Of a stretch of 44,460 nucleotides of DNA, positions 21,370 through 32,410 are shown in pieces. Position 1 is the stretch's first letter. Every line of letters begins with the position of its first letter. The notes beneath the pieces are model-generated. The model worked only from the letters and a program-made list of their open reading frames with translations, was not told the origin of the DNA and did not search any database. The DNA is from Actinomycetota bacterium (GTDB taxonomy: Bacteria > Actinomycetota > Actinomycetes > Nanopelagicales > Nanopelagicaceae), in NCBI GenBank assembly GCA_037143995.1, contig JBAWXP010000001.1, positions 1-44,460 on the forward strand, read 5' to 3'. The position numbers were made by a program, and so were the translations under genes.

Positions 21370-23631
21370 CTACTTGAGTGCAGACCTCAGACGTGTTGCG
21401 ACTTCTTCGGCTCGTTCAGGGCTGAGTGGACCCCCACCAATTTCTGTGACATATAAGGTATCAATTGCTTCGGCGCCTAGGGTCGTAACAATTGCGGAGC
21501 GAATATCGATATTGCTCTTGGTGATTGAATCACCAATTCCAAATAGAAGAGCGGGTCGATCGTGGCTTCTTACTTCAATGATTGTGGCATCGGTTGCAGC
21601 ATCGGCGAAGATATCAACGACAGGATCAGGTACGGGAATCGTTGGTAATTGCGCATAGGCCTCGATGCGTTCCTCAATCCTGCGAGCCAGTGAGCTCTCA
21701 TTATCGAGGGCTGCTGATAGCTCGTGATGCAGCACTTTCTCTGTCAGATCAGGTGCATGCGGATCAGGAATCACAATCCATTGCATTACCGCCGAGTTAC
21801 CGTGTGACTTTGTTCGAGCCGAACGCACATCAAGACGCAACAGATTAAGCACTCCCGCAACCGTTGATAGCAGACCAGTTTTATCGGGAACCACAATTTC
21901 AATCGCGTACACACTATCGCGATCCTCAATTGTGACAGCCAAGGCACCAGAATCTGCCTTTGCTCGCTGGTCATCTGTGAGTTCAGGTTGCATGGCAACA
22001 GTGTTATCTGTGATTGCTAACCCAACGCGCTTTACCAATTCAGCAACGAGTGAGGCTTTCCATTCAGTCCAGGCTGCGCGTCCTGTCGCTTCACCGTCAG
22101 CGATGCTGAGAGCGTGAAGTAGCTCGAGCGTTTGTAAATCAGGGATTACCTCAGCGACAGAGGAAATTGTCGCTGGATCATCGAGATCTCGACGCGTGGC
22201 TGTTGCCGAGAGAAGTAGATGATGTTTAACCAGTAATTTGATGGTCTCAACATCTTCTTGAGGAAAACCGATTCTCTGCGCAATCGGCTCGATAAGTCGC
22301 ACTCCACGTTCTGAGTGATCTTCTTCGCTGCCTTTTCCAATATCGTGAAAGAGCGCGCTAAAGAGAAGTAAGTCTGGTCTATGAACCTGACGCGTTAGCG
22401 CAGCAGCGTGCACAGCGGTCTCAACCATATGTCGATCAACGGTATGGCGATGAAGAACATTGCGCTGGGGTAACGATCGAACTGTTCTCCATTCGGGGAT
22501 CCAGTGAAAAATAATCTCTTCCTGATCAAGTGCTTCGAAGATCTGCACCATCGCAGATCCGGCACCTATGAGAGAGATGAGATTCTCGCGTGCATCTCGA
22601 GGCCACGGCGTAGGTAGAAGCCCAACTCCTGTGCTCAGACTTTCAGATAATTTCTCGAGAGAATCCATAGAAATTGGCAATCCAATCTGTGCAGCTGATG
22701 CAGCAGCTCGAAGTCCAATAACGGGATCAAGTGCAAAATCTGCATCATCACCAATGACAACTTCCTTATTGGAAACGGAGATGTCACGAGATAGAGATGT
22801 GGTGCGAGCTCGATTGAAGAATCTTCCGCTTCCTTCACGGCCCTTATGTGCAAGGCGATACCACGTGGAGTCCAAGAGGTAATCAACAGAACGAGCAGCC
22901 TGTGCCACCTCGCTCATAAGGAGATCGGCATCGGCATATCCAAGAATCTGGGCAACTTTATCTTGCTCTTGAAAGAGCAATCTATCTTTATCGCGCCCAC
23001 TTGCTAGATGCAGCGCTTCGCGCACATTGGCAAGAATTGATTCTGCAACGCTCACTCTTCCGATCGGAACTGCGATTGCCGATGATGTAGCGATTGCACG
23101 GAGTGCGGTGATGTCTCGCAACCCTCCCCGCGCCTCTTTAATATCAGGTTCAAGAAGATAGGCCAGTTCGCCCATACGTTGATGACGTTCCGTAAGAGAT
23201 GCCTCTAATTGCGGGAGGAATCTCTTTGAGTTCTTTCTCCATGATTCAAGAGCATCAACCTGCACTGAATCAACTAGATCTGCATTGCCACAAATCAGGC
23301 GAATATCAAGTAGCCCCATCGCAACTTTAAGATCATCTTCTGCGGCACTGCGCATTTCTGAACGCGTGCGAACTGAATGATCAATCTTCACATTCTTGTT
23401 CCAGAGAGGATAGAGAATTTTATTGACAAGATCCGATAGCTCATCATGTGAAAGCGATCCAGTATGAATGATTGCAATATCTAAATCTGAACCTGGAGAT
23501 AGTTCGCCGCGGCCGAAACCTCCGACCGCGGCGATAGCTACATCATCTGGGTTGGCAGCACTCTCTGTGAAAAGAGAAGAAAGAAGCAGATCGCCCTCGT
23601 TTGATCGTGCGCGTCTTTCTCGTGTTCCCAT
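21370..23631 (-). CDS. glnD: PII nucleotidyltransferase GlnD
   Basis: AVGGFGRGELSPGSDLD NTase motif, EPDIKEARGGLRD, HD domain (HTVDRH, HDIGKG), two ACT-like domains. Confidence 0.93.
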   Translation of the reverse strand: MGTRERRARSNEGDLLLSSLFTESAANPDDVAIAAVGGFGRGELSPGSDLDIAIIHTGSLSHDELSDLVNKILYPLWNKNVKIDHSVRTRSEMRSAAEDDLKVAMGLLDIRLICGNADLVDSVQVDALESWRKNSKRFLPQLEASLTERHQRMGELAYLLEPDIKEARGGLRDITALRAIATSSAIAVPIGRVSVAESILANVREALHLASGRDKDRLLFQEQDKVAQILGYADADLLMSEVAQAARSVDYLLDSTWYRLAHKGREGSGRFFNRARTTSLSRDISVSNKEVVIGDDADFALDPVIGLRAAASAAQIGLPISMDSLEKLSESLSTGVGLLPTPWPRDARENLISLIGAGSAMVQIFEALDQEEIIFHWIPEWRTVRSLPQRNVLHRHTVDRHMVETAVHAAALTRQVHRPDLLLFSALFHDIGKGSEEDHSERGVRLIEPIAQRIGFPQEDVETIKLLVKHHLLLSATATRRDLDDPATISSVAEVIPDLQTLELLHALSIADGEATGRAAWTEWKASLVAELVKRVGLAITDNTVAMQPELTDDQRAKADSGALAVTIEDRDSVYAIEIVVPDKTGLLSTVAGVLNLLRLDVRSARTKSHGNSAVMQWIVIPDPHAPDLTEKVLHHELSAALDNESSLARRIEERIEAYAQLPTIPVPDPVVDIFADAATDATIIEVRSHDRPALLFGIGDSITKSNIDIRSAIVTTLGAEAIDTLYVTEIGGGPLSPERAEEVATRLRSALK

Positions 23632-23649
23632 GTCGCCAATCCTAGTTTC

Positions 23650-25289
<1,640 letters not shown>

Positions 25290-25414
25290 TTCAGGCCCAT
25301 TTCGATATGAGTTCGAGTGCAGGATCTCGTCATTGAGATGGCGTAAAGATGGTGCAGATGGATTACATCTGGTTGCGTACGAGGTTAAGGGGGTGTCACA
25401 AAGTGGCCCCATTT

Positions 25415-25430
25415 GTTACATCTGAGTTAC
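25415..25430 (-). promoter_or_regulatory. GlnR box GTAAC-n6-GTAAC upstream of amtB-glnK
   Basis: Minus strand reads GTAAC-TCAGAT-GTAAC, with another GTGAC half-site at 25395-25399 and a candidate -10 TAACCT at 25382-25387. Confidence 0.72.
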
Positions 25431-26263
25431 GCGAGGAGGCCTTCGAGGTATGAGTTGGCGTCAAAGGCGGCGAAATCACCAGAACCTTCACCAGTTCCAA
25501 TGAACTTAATGGGAATATCGAGGGCGCTCTCAATTGCTAGCGCTACTCCCCCACGTGCACTGCCATCGAGTTTGGTAAGAATCAACCCTGTTACTTCAAC
25601 AGCTTCACTAAATATCTTTGCTTGGGCAAGTCCGTTCTGGCCAGTGGTTGCATCTATTACCAAGAGAACTTCTGTAACAGGTAGACCCTTTTCGATTACG
25701 CGCTTGACCTTGCCAAGCTCTGCCATTAAATCGCTCTTATTGTGAAGCCGCCCCGCAGTATCGATAATGAGATATCTACTTTTACTATCAACTGCTCGTT
25801 TAACGCTATCGAATGCAACAGAGGCTGGTTCCGCACCTTCTTTTCCTGCAATAACTTCAACGCCGATTCGATCTCCCCATGTAGTCAATTGATCGACTGC
25901 TGCGGCACGAAATGTATCGGCTGCGGCAAGTAGTACTGAATCTCCTTTGCCATGGAGCAAGGTTGCAAGTTTGGCAACTGAGGTTGTCTTACCTGTGCCA
26001 TTAACTCCTACAACCATAATGACGCTCGTTGATTCGCTAGGCGCAAGTGTGCGGGGCTTCTGAGATAGTTTTGAAGTAAGAATCACTTTGACCGCAGATT
26101 CTGCATCATCTCCTCGCATCTTCTGTGCAGCTTGAAGGAGTTCACTTACCAGCGCAGGACCTAAATCTGATTGAAGAAGTTCTGTCTCAATCTCAGCCCA
26201 ATCAACTGCGGATGCAGTCGAAGTTCCGCGGACTTTTGCGATCAACCGATTAAATAGACCCAT
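25427..26263 (-). CDS. ftsY: SRP receptor FtsY (minimal NG-only form)
   Basis: GVNGTGKTT, DTFRAAA, DTAGRLH, TKLDGSARGG. Confidence 0.95.
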   Translation of the reverse strand: MGLFNRLIAKVRGTSTASAVDWAEIETELLQSDLGPALVSELLQAAQKMRGDDAESAVKVILTSKLSQKPRTLAPSESTSVIMVVGVNGTGKTTSVAKLATLLHGKGDSVLLAAADTFRAAAVDQLTTWGDRIGVEVIAGKEGAEPASVAFDSVKRAVDSKSRYLIIDTAGRLHNKSDLMAELGKVKRVIEKGLPVTEVLLVIDATTGQNGLAQAKIFSEAVEVTGLILTKLDGSARGGVALAIESALDIPIKFIGTGEGSGDFAAFDANSYLEGLLA

Positions 26264-26282
26264 CACTTACAACCTAATGAAA

Positions 26283-29200
26283 CTAGGCAGTTTCAGATTC
26301 GCGAAGACGTTGCGAAATAACTTCTGTAACGCCATCACCACGCATGGTGACTCCATAGAGCGCATCAGCAATCTCCATGGTGCGTTTCTGGTGGGTAATG
26401 ATGATGAGCTGTGAGCTCTCACGAAGTTCTTCAAGAACAGTAAGAAGTCGGCCCAGGTTGACATCATCAAGGGCTGCTTCAACTTCATCGAGTACGTAGA
26501 ACGGACTAGGACGTGCCTTAAAGATTGCAACCAACATCGCAACAGCGGTCAGTGACTTTTCTCCGCCGGAGAGAAGTGAGAGGCGCTTGACGCGCTTTCC
26601 TGGTGGGCGCGCTTCAACATCTACACCAGTGTTGAGAAGATCATCTGGGTTGGTAAGGAATAGGCGACCGTCTCCGCCTGGGAAGAGGCGAGCAAAGATA
26701 TCTTTAAAGTGCTCTGCAACTTCTTCATATGCCTGCATAAATATCTGTTGTACGCGATCATCGACTTCCTTGATAATGTCGAGAAGATCCTTCTTAGTGC
26801 GCTTGAGATCTTCTAGCTGTTCAGCCAAGAACTTCAATCGCTCTTCAAGCGCGTTGTACTCCTCGAGGGCAAGCGGGTTAATTTTGCCAAGAAGAGTAAG
26901 TGAACGCTCTGTTGCAGCCAGGCGCTTCTCTTGTTGATCGCGACGGTATGGAATCAATTCGGTGGCAACTATCTCGCCAGTATCGGTCTCGATAAATGTA
27001 GGGACATCTTTATCCGGCCCATACTCTGCAATAAGAGTAGGGATATCAATTCCGAGTTCTTCAACCGCTTTACTCTCGAGAGTTTCAACGCGCATACGTT
27101 GTTCAGCACGTGCAATCTCATCGCGGTGCACGCTTGAGGTCAGCTGATCGAGTTGCTGTGTAAGTTCACGGTTACGAGCTCGGACTGTCAGGGTCTCACC
27201 TTCACGATCTGAGCGATTAATCTCTAGGCGCGACCTCTCGGTGGCAGCTTTAGCAATAGAGCGTTCGATATGAATAAGCGCTTCATAGGCAGCCTCAGCA
27301 ATTGCTTGCGAGATTACCGCACCGCGTGCACGAGCACCTCGTCTCGATACTGCACGTTCAGATGCTTCACGTTCAGCTTGTGCAGAAGCTTCGAGCGCCT
27401 GAGCGCGCGCTGCAATCGATGTCAGGCGTTCTTCAGATGTGCGTACTGCAAGTCGAGCTTCAACTTCTGAAGTACGCGCAGTGGAAACATCATTACGAAG
27501 AGCTTCAGCGCGTGTGTGATCTGGCTCGGTGATCTCTCCATGGTTCTGTAATTGGTTAGATGCAATCGATAACTCGTTCTCATCACGAGATTTTGCAGCT
27601 GTCGCTTCATTGATTGCAAGAGTAAGTCGCTCTACTTCAGCGGTGGCAGATTTAATATTTTGGCCAGAGACGGCAAGCTGTTCGGTAAGAGCTGCGATAC
27701 GAGCATCTGACTCATTGAGTTTGGCAAGGGCTGCATCAAATGCTGCCTGCTTTGCATCGACTTCAGTTACAGCTGTTGAGATTTCAAATTTCAGGCGATC
27801 ACACTTGTGGTTGAGATCTTCTAACTTCTTGGTTAACTCATCAACGAGAGCTTTGATCTCGATGAGAGATGAGGATGAAGCTGAACCACCTCGGGCGCGC
27901 TTGGATGTGATGACATCACCATCACGAGTGACGACCGTGACAGCAGGGTGTTGGGCAAGGATGGACTCTGCACCCCGTGCATTATCTGCAACCACTGTTG
28001 TAGACAGTAATGAGGCCAGCAGCTCTGAGATCTCTGATGAACGCACATGGTTAAGAAGAGAAGTGAGCCCGCTTGGAACTTGGTGTGAGGAATTGCCACC
28101 TGGTTCGTAGACAAGAACATCTGCTTGACCAAGATTTTCACTTCGTAGAGTTGTGAGCGCACTTACTGCAGAGGAAAGATCTTTCACCACAACCGCGTCA
28201 GAAAGTGCGCCGAGAGCTGCAGCCGTTGCTGCTTCCCATCCTGAATCAATCTGAATCAATGATGCAATGCTCCCGAGAATCTGAACTCCACGAGAATCAC
28301 GAATAAGTGCTGCAGCGCCATCACGTGATGACGATGTGAGGCGCATTGCCTCTAACTTAGATTCAGTGGAATTTCTTTCACGGTCTGCAGCGCGTTCTGC
28401 ATCGACGAGCTCTGCGTGAGCACTCTTTGCTGATTCGAGCGCGTTCTTGGAAGTATTAAATTGAGAGTCAAGACCTTGTTCGCCAGCATCGGCGTTGCCT
28501 ATTTCCATCTCGAACTGTGCATAATCACTCTTTGCAGAATCGACTCGAGATTGCGCTTCAGTACGCGCAGCCTGCAGACGAGAAATTTCTTCAGTAATTG
28601 CTTCAAGGCGCGCAGCGAGAGATTTGATATGGCCTTCTTGGCGCGCGGTTCCCTCACGTTGATCGGCGATTGCGCGCATTGCAGCAGCGATAGTGTCTTC
28701 TTCAGATTTCAAAGCTGCCTCAGCGTTTGCAAGTGAAGTAGTTGCGGCAGTAAGTGCACTCTGCGCGGCAACAACGCCATTGCGTAGTTGTGCTTCTTCA
28801 CTGCGAAGTAGAGCCGCTTCTTGATCTAACGCCTCGGGATCGCGGCCAGCGCTACGTGCTTCTTCAGCTTCTTCAGCTAAGAACCGAGAGCGCTCTTGTG
28901 CCAGAGATTGTGTACCGCGGAACTTTTCGCGCAGAGCGCTCAGTGAGTAAAAGTTTTCTTGCGCCTTGATGAGAAGTGGACTCTCAAAGGCCGATTGCGC
29001 ATCAAGCTCTTCTTCGCGCCTGCGAATCTTTTCAAGTTCGGCCTCGACCTGTCCCCTGCGTTCGCGAAGTGCGTTCTCATCGGCAACTTCTGCATCAAGG
29101 GTCTTTGAGAGTGAGATGTAATCATCGGCAAGTAGACGCAACTTGGCATCGCGCAAATCAGCTTGAATTGTTGCAGCCTTCTTAGCAACCTCTGCTTGTT

Positions 29201-29819
29201 TGCCAAGTGGTCGCAATTGACGGCGAAGTTCGACTGTAAGGTCATTGACACGGGCAAGATTTGCTTGCATGGAGTCGAGCTTGCGAAGCGCCTTCTCTTT
29301 ACGTTTGCGATGCTTGAGCACACCAGCTGCTTCTTCAATAAATCCACGTCGTTCTTCAGGTGTTGCCATCAAGATTGCATCAAGTTGGCCCTGTCCTACG
29401 ATCACGTGCATTTCGCGACCGATACCAGAATCGCTTAAGAGTTCTTGAATATCTAAGAGTCGAGATGCTTCACCGTTGATCTGATATTCACTCTGGCCAT
29501 TGCGAAAGAGAATGCGAGAGATGGTTACTTCTGTGTAATCGATAGGCAGCGCACCATCTGTGTTATCAATTGTCACTGCAACTTCTGCGCGACCAAGTGG
29601 AGCTCGCCCAGATGTTCCGGCGAAGATAACGTCTTCCATCTTTCCGCCGCGAAGTGACTTTGCACCTTGCTCACCCATAACCCAGGTGAGTGCATCTACG
29701 ACATTTGATTTTCCCGAACCGTTGGGGCCGACCACGCAGGTGATGCCAGGTTCGAGGCGAAGAGTGGTCGCCGAAGCAAAGGACTTAAATCCTTTGAGGG
29801 TCAGACTCTTCAAATACAC
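26283..29819 (-). CDS. smc: Chromosome segregation protein SMC
   Basis: GFKSF, GPNGSGKSN Walker A, coiled coils with central hinge, LSGGEKS, LDEVEAALD. Confidence 0.97.
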   Translation of the reverse strand: MYLKSLTLKGFKSFASATTLRLEPGITCVVGPNGSGKSNVVDALTWVMGEQGAKSLRGGKMEDVIFAGTSGRAPLGRAEVAVTIDNTDGALPIDYTEVTISRILFRNGQSEYQINGEASRLLDIQELLSDSGIGREMHVIVGQGQLDAILMATPEERRGFIEEAAGVLKHRKRKEKALRKLDSMQANLARVNDLTVELRRQLRPLGKQAEVAKKAATIQADLRDAKLRLLADDYISLSKTLDAEVADENALRERRGQVEAELEKIRRREEELDAQSAFESPLLIKAQENFYSLSALREKFRGTQSLAQERSRFLAEEAEEARSAGRDPEALDQEAALLRSEEAQLRNGVVAAQSALTAATTSLANAEAALKSEEDTIAAAMRAIADQREGTARQEGHIKSLAARLEAITEEISRLQAARTEAQSRVDSAKSDYAQFEMEIGNADAGEQGLDSQFNTSKNALESAKSAHAELVDAERAADRERNSTESKLEAMRLTSSSRDGAAALIRDSRGVQILGSIASLIQIDSGWEAATAAALGALSDAVVVKDLSSAVSALTTLRSENLGQADVLVYEPGGNSSHQVPSGLTSLLNHVRSSEISELLASLLSTTVVADNARGAESILAQHPAVTVVTRDGDVITSKRARGGSASSSSLIEIKALVDELTKKLEDLNHKCDRLKFEISTAVTEVDAKQAAFDAALAKLNESDARIAALTEQLAVSGQNIKSATAEVERLTLAINEATAAKSRDENELSIASNQLQNHGEITEPDHTRAEALRNDVSTARTSEVEARLAVRTSEERLTSIAARAQALEASAQAEREASERAVSRRGARARGAVISQAIAEAAYEALIHIERSIAKAATERSRLEINRSDREGETLTVRARNRELTQQLDQLTSSVHRDEIARAEQRMRVETLESKAVEELGIDIPTLIAEYGPDKDVPTFIETDTGEIVATELIPYRRDQQEKRLAATERSLTLLGKINPLALEEYNALEERLKFLAEQLEDLKRTKKDLLDIIKEVDDRVQQIFMQAYEEVAEHFKDIFARLFPGGDGRLFLTNPDDLLNTGVDVEARPPGKRVKRLSLLSGGEKSLTAVAMLVAIFKARPSPFYVLDEVEAALDDVNLGRLLTVLEELRESSQLIIITHQKRTMEIADALYGVTMRGDGVTEVISQRLRESETA

Positions 29820-29886
29820 GCGGTAAACCTACCGTTGTGTGCGCCATTGGTATAAAAGCGACTCAGTTCAAGTTGTACTTGAGGGT

Positions 29887-30567
29887 TTACTGCGGAGTTT
29901 GCGAAAGTAATTCATATGCTGTGCGCGCCGCAGATTGTTCTGCTTCTCGCTTACTTTTTCCAAGACCTTCGGCAATCGATTCACCTGCAACCATTGCAAC
30001 AGCGGTAAAACTCTTATCGTGATCTGGACCAGTCTCTGTTACGAGATATTCAGGAGAACCTTTTCCAAGGGCTGCAACCAACTCTTGGAGAGCAGTCTTT
30101 CCATCGAGCCCTGCGCCCTTTGCCATTGCGCTATCGAGAGTCTCTTTAATGAGAGCGCTAATGACTCGAGTTGTCGCATCAAAGCCACACTCGAGATAGA
30201 TGGCGCCAAATAGCGCTTCTAAAGCATCTGCGAGAAGTGAGTTCTTATCTCGACCATTGGTAACTTCTTCGCCTTTACCAAGTCGGATATATTTTCCAAG
30301 TTCGAGTGTGCGAGCAATATCTGCGAGCGCACGCATGTTGACTATGCCCGAACGAAGTGGAGATAGACGGCTCTCATCCAAATCTGGATATTTGATGTAA
30401 AGCTCTTCTGTCACGATAAGACCCAGAACTGAATCACCTAGAAATTCAAGGCGTTCATTCGTTGCAGTTAATCCGGTCTCGTATGCATAAGACCGATGGG
30501 TAAAAGCTAGCTCGAGCACTTCCGGAGAGAGGCTAATTCCGAGTTGCTCAAGAAGTTTTGAGTACAG
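29887..30567 (-). CDS. rnc: Ribonuclease III (probable CTG start at 30567; first canonical start is GTG 30519)
   Basis: THRSY, NERLEFLGDSVL signature, C-terminal dsRBD (KTALQE, GPDH.KSF). The frame stays open upstream as LYSKLLEQLGISLSPEVLELAF. Confidence 0.93.
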   Translation of the reverse strand: MYSKLLEQLGISLSPEVLELAFTHRSYAYETGLTATNERLEFLGDSVLGLIVTEELYIKYPDLDESRLSPLRSGIVNMRALADIARTLELGKYIRLGKGEEVTNGRDKNSLLADALEALFGAIYLECGFDATTRVISALIKETLDSAMAKGAGLDGKTALQELVAALGKGSPEYLVTETGPDHDKSFTAVAMVAGESIAEGLGKSKREAEQSAARTAYELLSQTPQ

Positions 30568-30568
30568 A

Positions 30569-30742
30569 TCAGACCTCTAGAACCTGACGGCGGTTATAGG
30601 TGCCGCATGTTGGGCAGGCAACGTGGTTGAGCTTAGGTTGCTGACATTGCTGGCATGTTGAGATTGCTGCTGCAGTTGTCTTCCACATGCTGCGACGTGA
30701 ACGTGTCTTCGAACGAGACATCTTTCGCTTTGGTACTGGCAC
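30569..30742 (-). CDS. rpmF: 50S ribosomal protein L32 (Zn-ribbon form); absent from the ORF track because it is 57 aa
   Basis: Manual translation MPVPKRKMSRSKTRSRRSMWKTTAAAISTCQQCQQPKLNHVACPTCGTYNRRQVLEV. AAGGA Shine-Dalgarno before the GTG. Confidence 0.96.
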   Translation of the reverse strand: MPVPKRKMSRSKTRSRRSMWKTTAAAISTCQQCQQPKLNHVACPTCGTYNRRQVLEV

Positions 30743-30819
30743 GGTAATCGTCCTTTATCTTGATGAAATCTAGTGAGCTACAAACGTGTGGTCTGCCGCC
30801 GTAATGGGGTAAGTATCGC

Positions 30820-31398
30820 TTATTTCTCGGGATTGCCAAAATCGAGATTTTCAAGACCTGACCACCGTGCATCGATGACCTCGTGAGCGTGGTCCTGCGG
30901 CAGGTTCGCCCACTTCTCCCCGCAATCAGGGCAGAGTCCCAAGCAATCCTCCGAGCAGAGTGGATTGACCGGTAGGGTCAAAATAATTGCATCGATGATG
31001 GGAATCTCAAGGTTCATGAGATCGCCTTCCATCTGCAGTTCGTCGTCGATATCCAAGTCGATATCTTCATCGTCGCGCTTCTTCTTACGACCCTTCTCAT
31101 TGGTGGGTTCGTATCGATAGAGCTCTTGAATCTTTCTATCAACGATTACTTCAACTGGTTCAAGGCAACGAATGCATTCGCCGATTGCAACGGCATAGAT
31201 TTCAGCGCTCAGAAGCACGCCCTCAGTGACAGATTCAAGGCGAACATCTGCCTCAATGACATCTCCTTCAGGGACTGCAATGAGCGGAACTCCGATACGA
31301 GTCGGCGCTTCGATATCGAGTTCGTACTCCTTGAGCTCACCGGTTCGACGCGGAAGCTCGTAGGTATTGAGAATAAAGGGGGTGTTCTTCTTGCTCAT
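30820..31398 (-). CDS. yceD: DUF177/YceD-family 23S rRNA accumulation protein
   Basis: ESVTEGVL, CIRCL, PLCSEDCLGLCPDCG, DARWSGL; lies upstream of rpmF. Confidence 0.88.
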   Translation of the reverse strand: MSKKNTPFILNTYELPRRTGELKEYELDIEAPTRIGVPLIAVPEGDVIEADVRLESVTEGVLLSAEIYAVAIGECIRCLEPVEVIVDRKIQELYRYEPTNEKGRKKKRDDEDIDLDIDDELQMEGDLMNLEIPIIDAIILTLPVNPLCSEDCLGLCPDCGEKWANLPQDHAHEVIDARWSGLENLDFGNPEK

Positions 31399-31413
31399 GG
31401 TTAATGCTCTTAA

Positions 31414-31902
31414 CTAATTATCAGCGTTGAGCTGAGAAAGAATATCTTTATCGTCCGCGCCTTCGAGGCGTTCGCGACCACGTGCAACGGCATCCATTGT
31501 CTTATTAAGAATGACCTCAAGAGTTGCAAGGCGTCCATCGATATATGCCTCAACTTCACGACGTTCATCTTCTGCAATTTCGCGAGCTTCATGAAGGATG
31601 CGCTGTGCTTCATCACGAGCAGCTTGGACAATCGAAGTCTGTTCCACCATGCGAGCGACATCTTCGCGTGCAGAAGCGATCATTGATTCGGCGCTCATAC
31701 GGCCTTCTTCGATGATGCGATCTCGGTCAGCGATGATTGACTCAGCACCATCCAAATCAGCAGGAAGAAAGTCGCGAGCTCCTTCGAGGATCTCAAGCAT
31801 CTCGCCACGGTGGACTACACAAGATGCAGAGAGTGGAACGCCCCGTGCCTCTTCAACAACTGCGATTGCTGTGTTGAGCTTCTCAATCGAATCCATTGTC
31901 AT
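31414..31902 (-). CDS. SepIVA-like (DivIVA-related) coiled-coil protein
   Basis: VEEARGVPLSASCVVHRGEML N-terminus and coiled coil; position between coaD and yceD matches mycobacterial Rv2927c-type genes. Confidence 0.7.
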   Translation of the reverse strand: MTMDSIEKLNTAIAVVEEARGVPLSASCVVHRGEMLEILEGARDFLPADLDGAESIIADRDRIIEEGRMSAESMIASAREDVARMVEQTSIVQAARDEAQRILHEAREIAEDERREVEAYIDGRLATLEVILNKTMDAVARGRERLEGADDKDILSQLNADN

Positions 31903-32381
31903 GCTTGTTCTCCTGCTCTAGCTCGTAACGCTTCATTGACATTTGTTGGAACCATGGATGAGACATCGCCACCGTAATGAGCGAGCTCTTTTACGATAGA
32001 TGATGATAAGAATGAGTGAGTTGGAGAAGTGGCCATAAACATAGTTTCAACGCCCGATGCCTGAATATGCACTTGTGCCATCTGAAGTTCGTAATCGAAG
32101 TCGGTAACTGCGCGCAGTCCTTTAACGATTGCTTGAACCCCATTTTTTTTACAGTATTCGACGAGTAATCCGCTTCCAGAATCGACACTGACATTGGGGA
32201 ATTTCTTCACATTTTCGCTGATCATCTTCATGCGCTCTTCGACTGAGAACAGTCCTGACTTATTGCGATTGACGAAGACTGCCACGATTACTTCATCAAA
32301 TTGCCTGCTTGCGCGCTCAATGATGTCGAGGTGGCCAAAGGTGATGGGATCGAAGGATCCCGGGCACACAGCGCGTTTCAT
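31899..32381 (-). CDS. coaD: Pantetheine-phosphate adenylyltransferase
   Basis: CPGSFDPITFGHLDII, KGLR...DFDYELQMA, SSSIVKE. Confidence 0.96.
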   Translation of the reverse strand: MKRAVCPGSFDPITFGHLDIIERASRQFDEVIVAVFVNRNKSGLFSVEERMKMISENVKKFPNVSVDSGSGLLVEYCKKNGVQAIVKGLRAVTDFDYELQMAQVHIQASGVETMFMATSPTHSFLSSSIVKELAHYGGDVSSMVPTNVNEALRARAGEQA

Positions 32382-32410
32382 GGTGCAAACGCTAGCAATG
32401 ATTGCTGAGG

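Noticed and set aside
29868-29882. TCAAGT-n3-ACTTGA hairpin after rnc as a terminator
   Set aside because: The stem is short and AT-rich with no adjacent U tract, so it is too weak to call.
30633-30872. 79-aa minus-strand ORF between yceD and rnc
   Set aside because: It is out of frame with the real 57-aa rpmF gene at 30569-30742.
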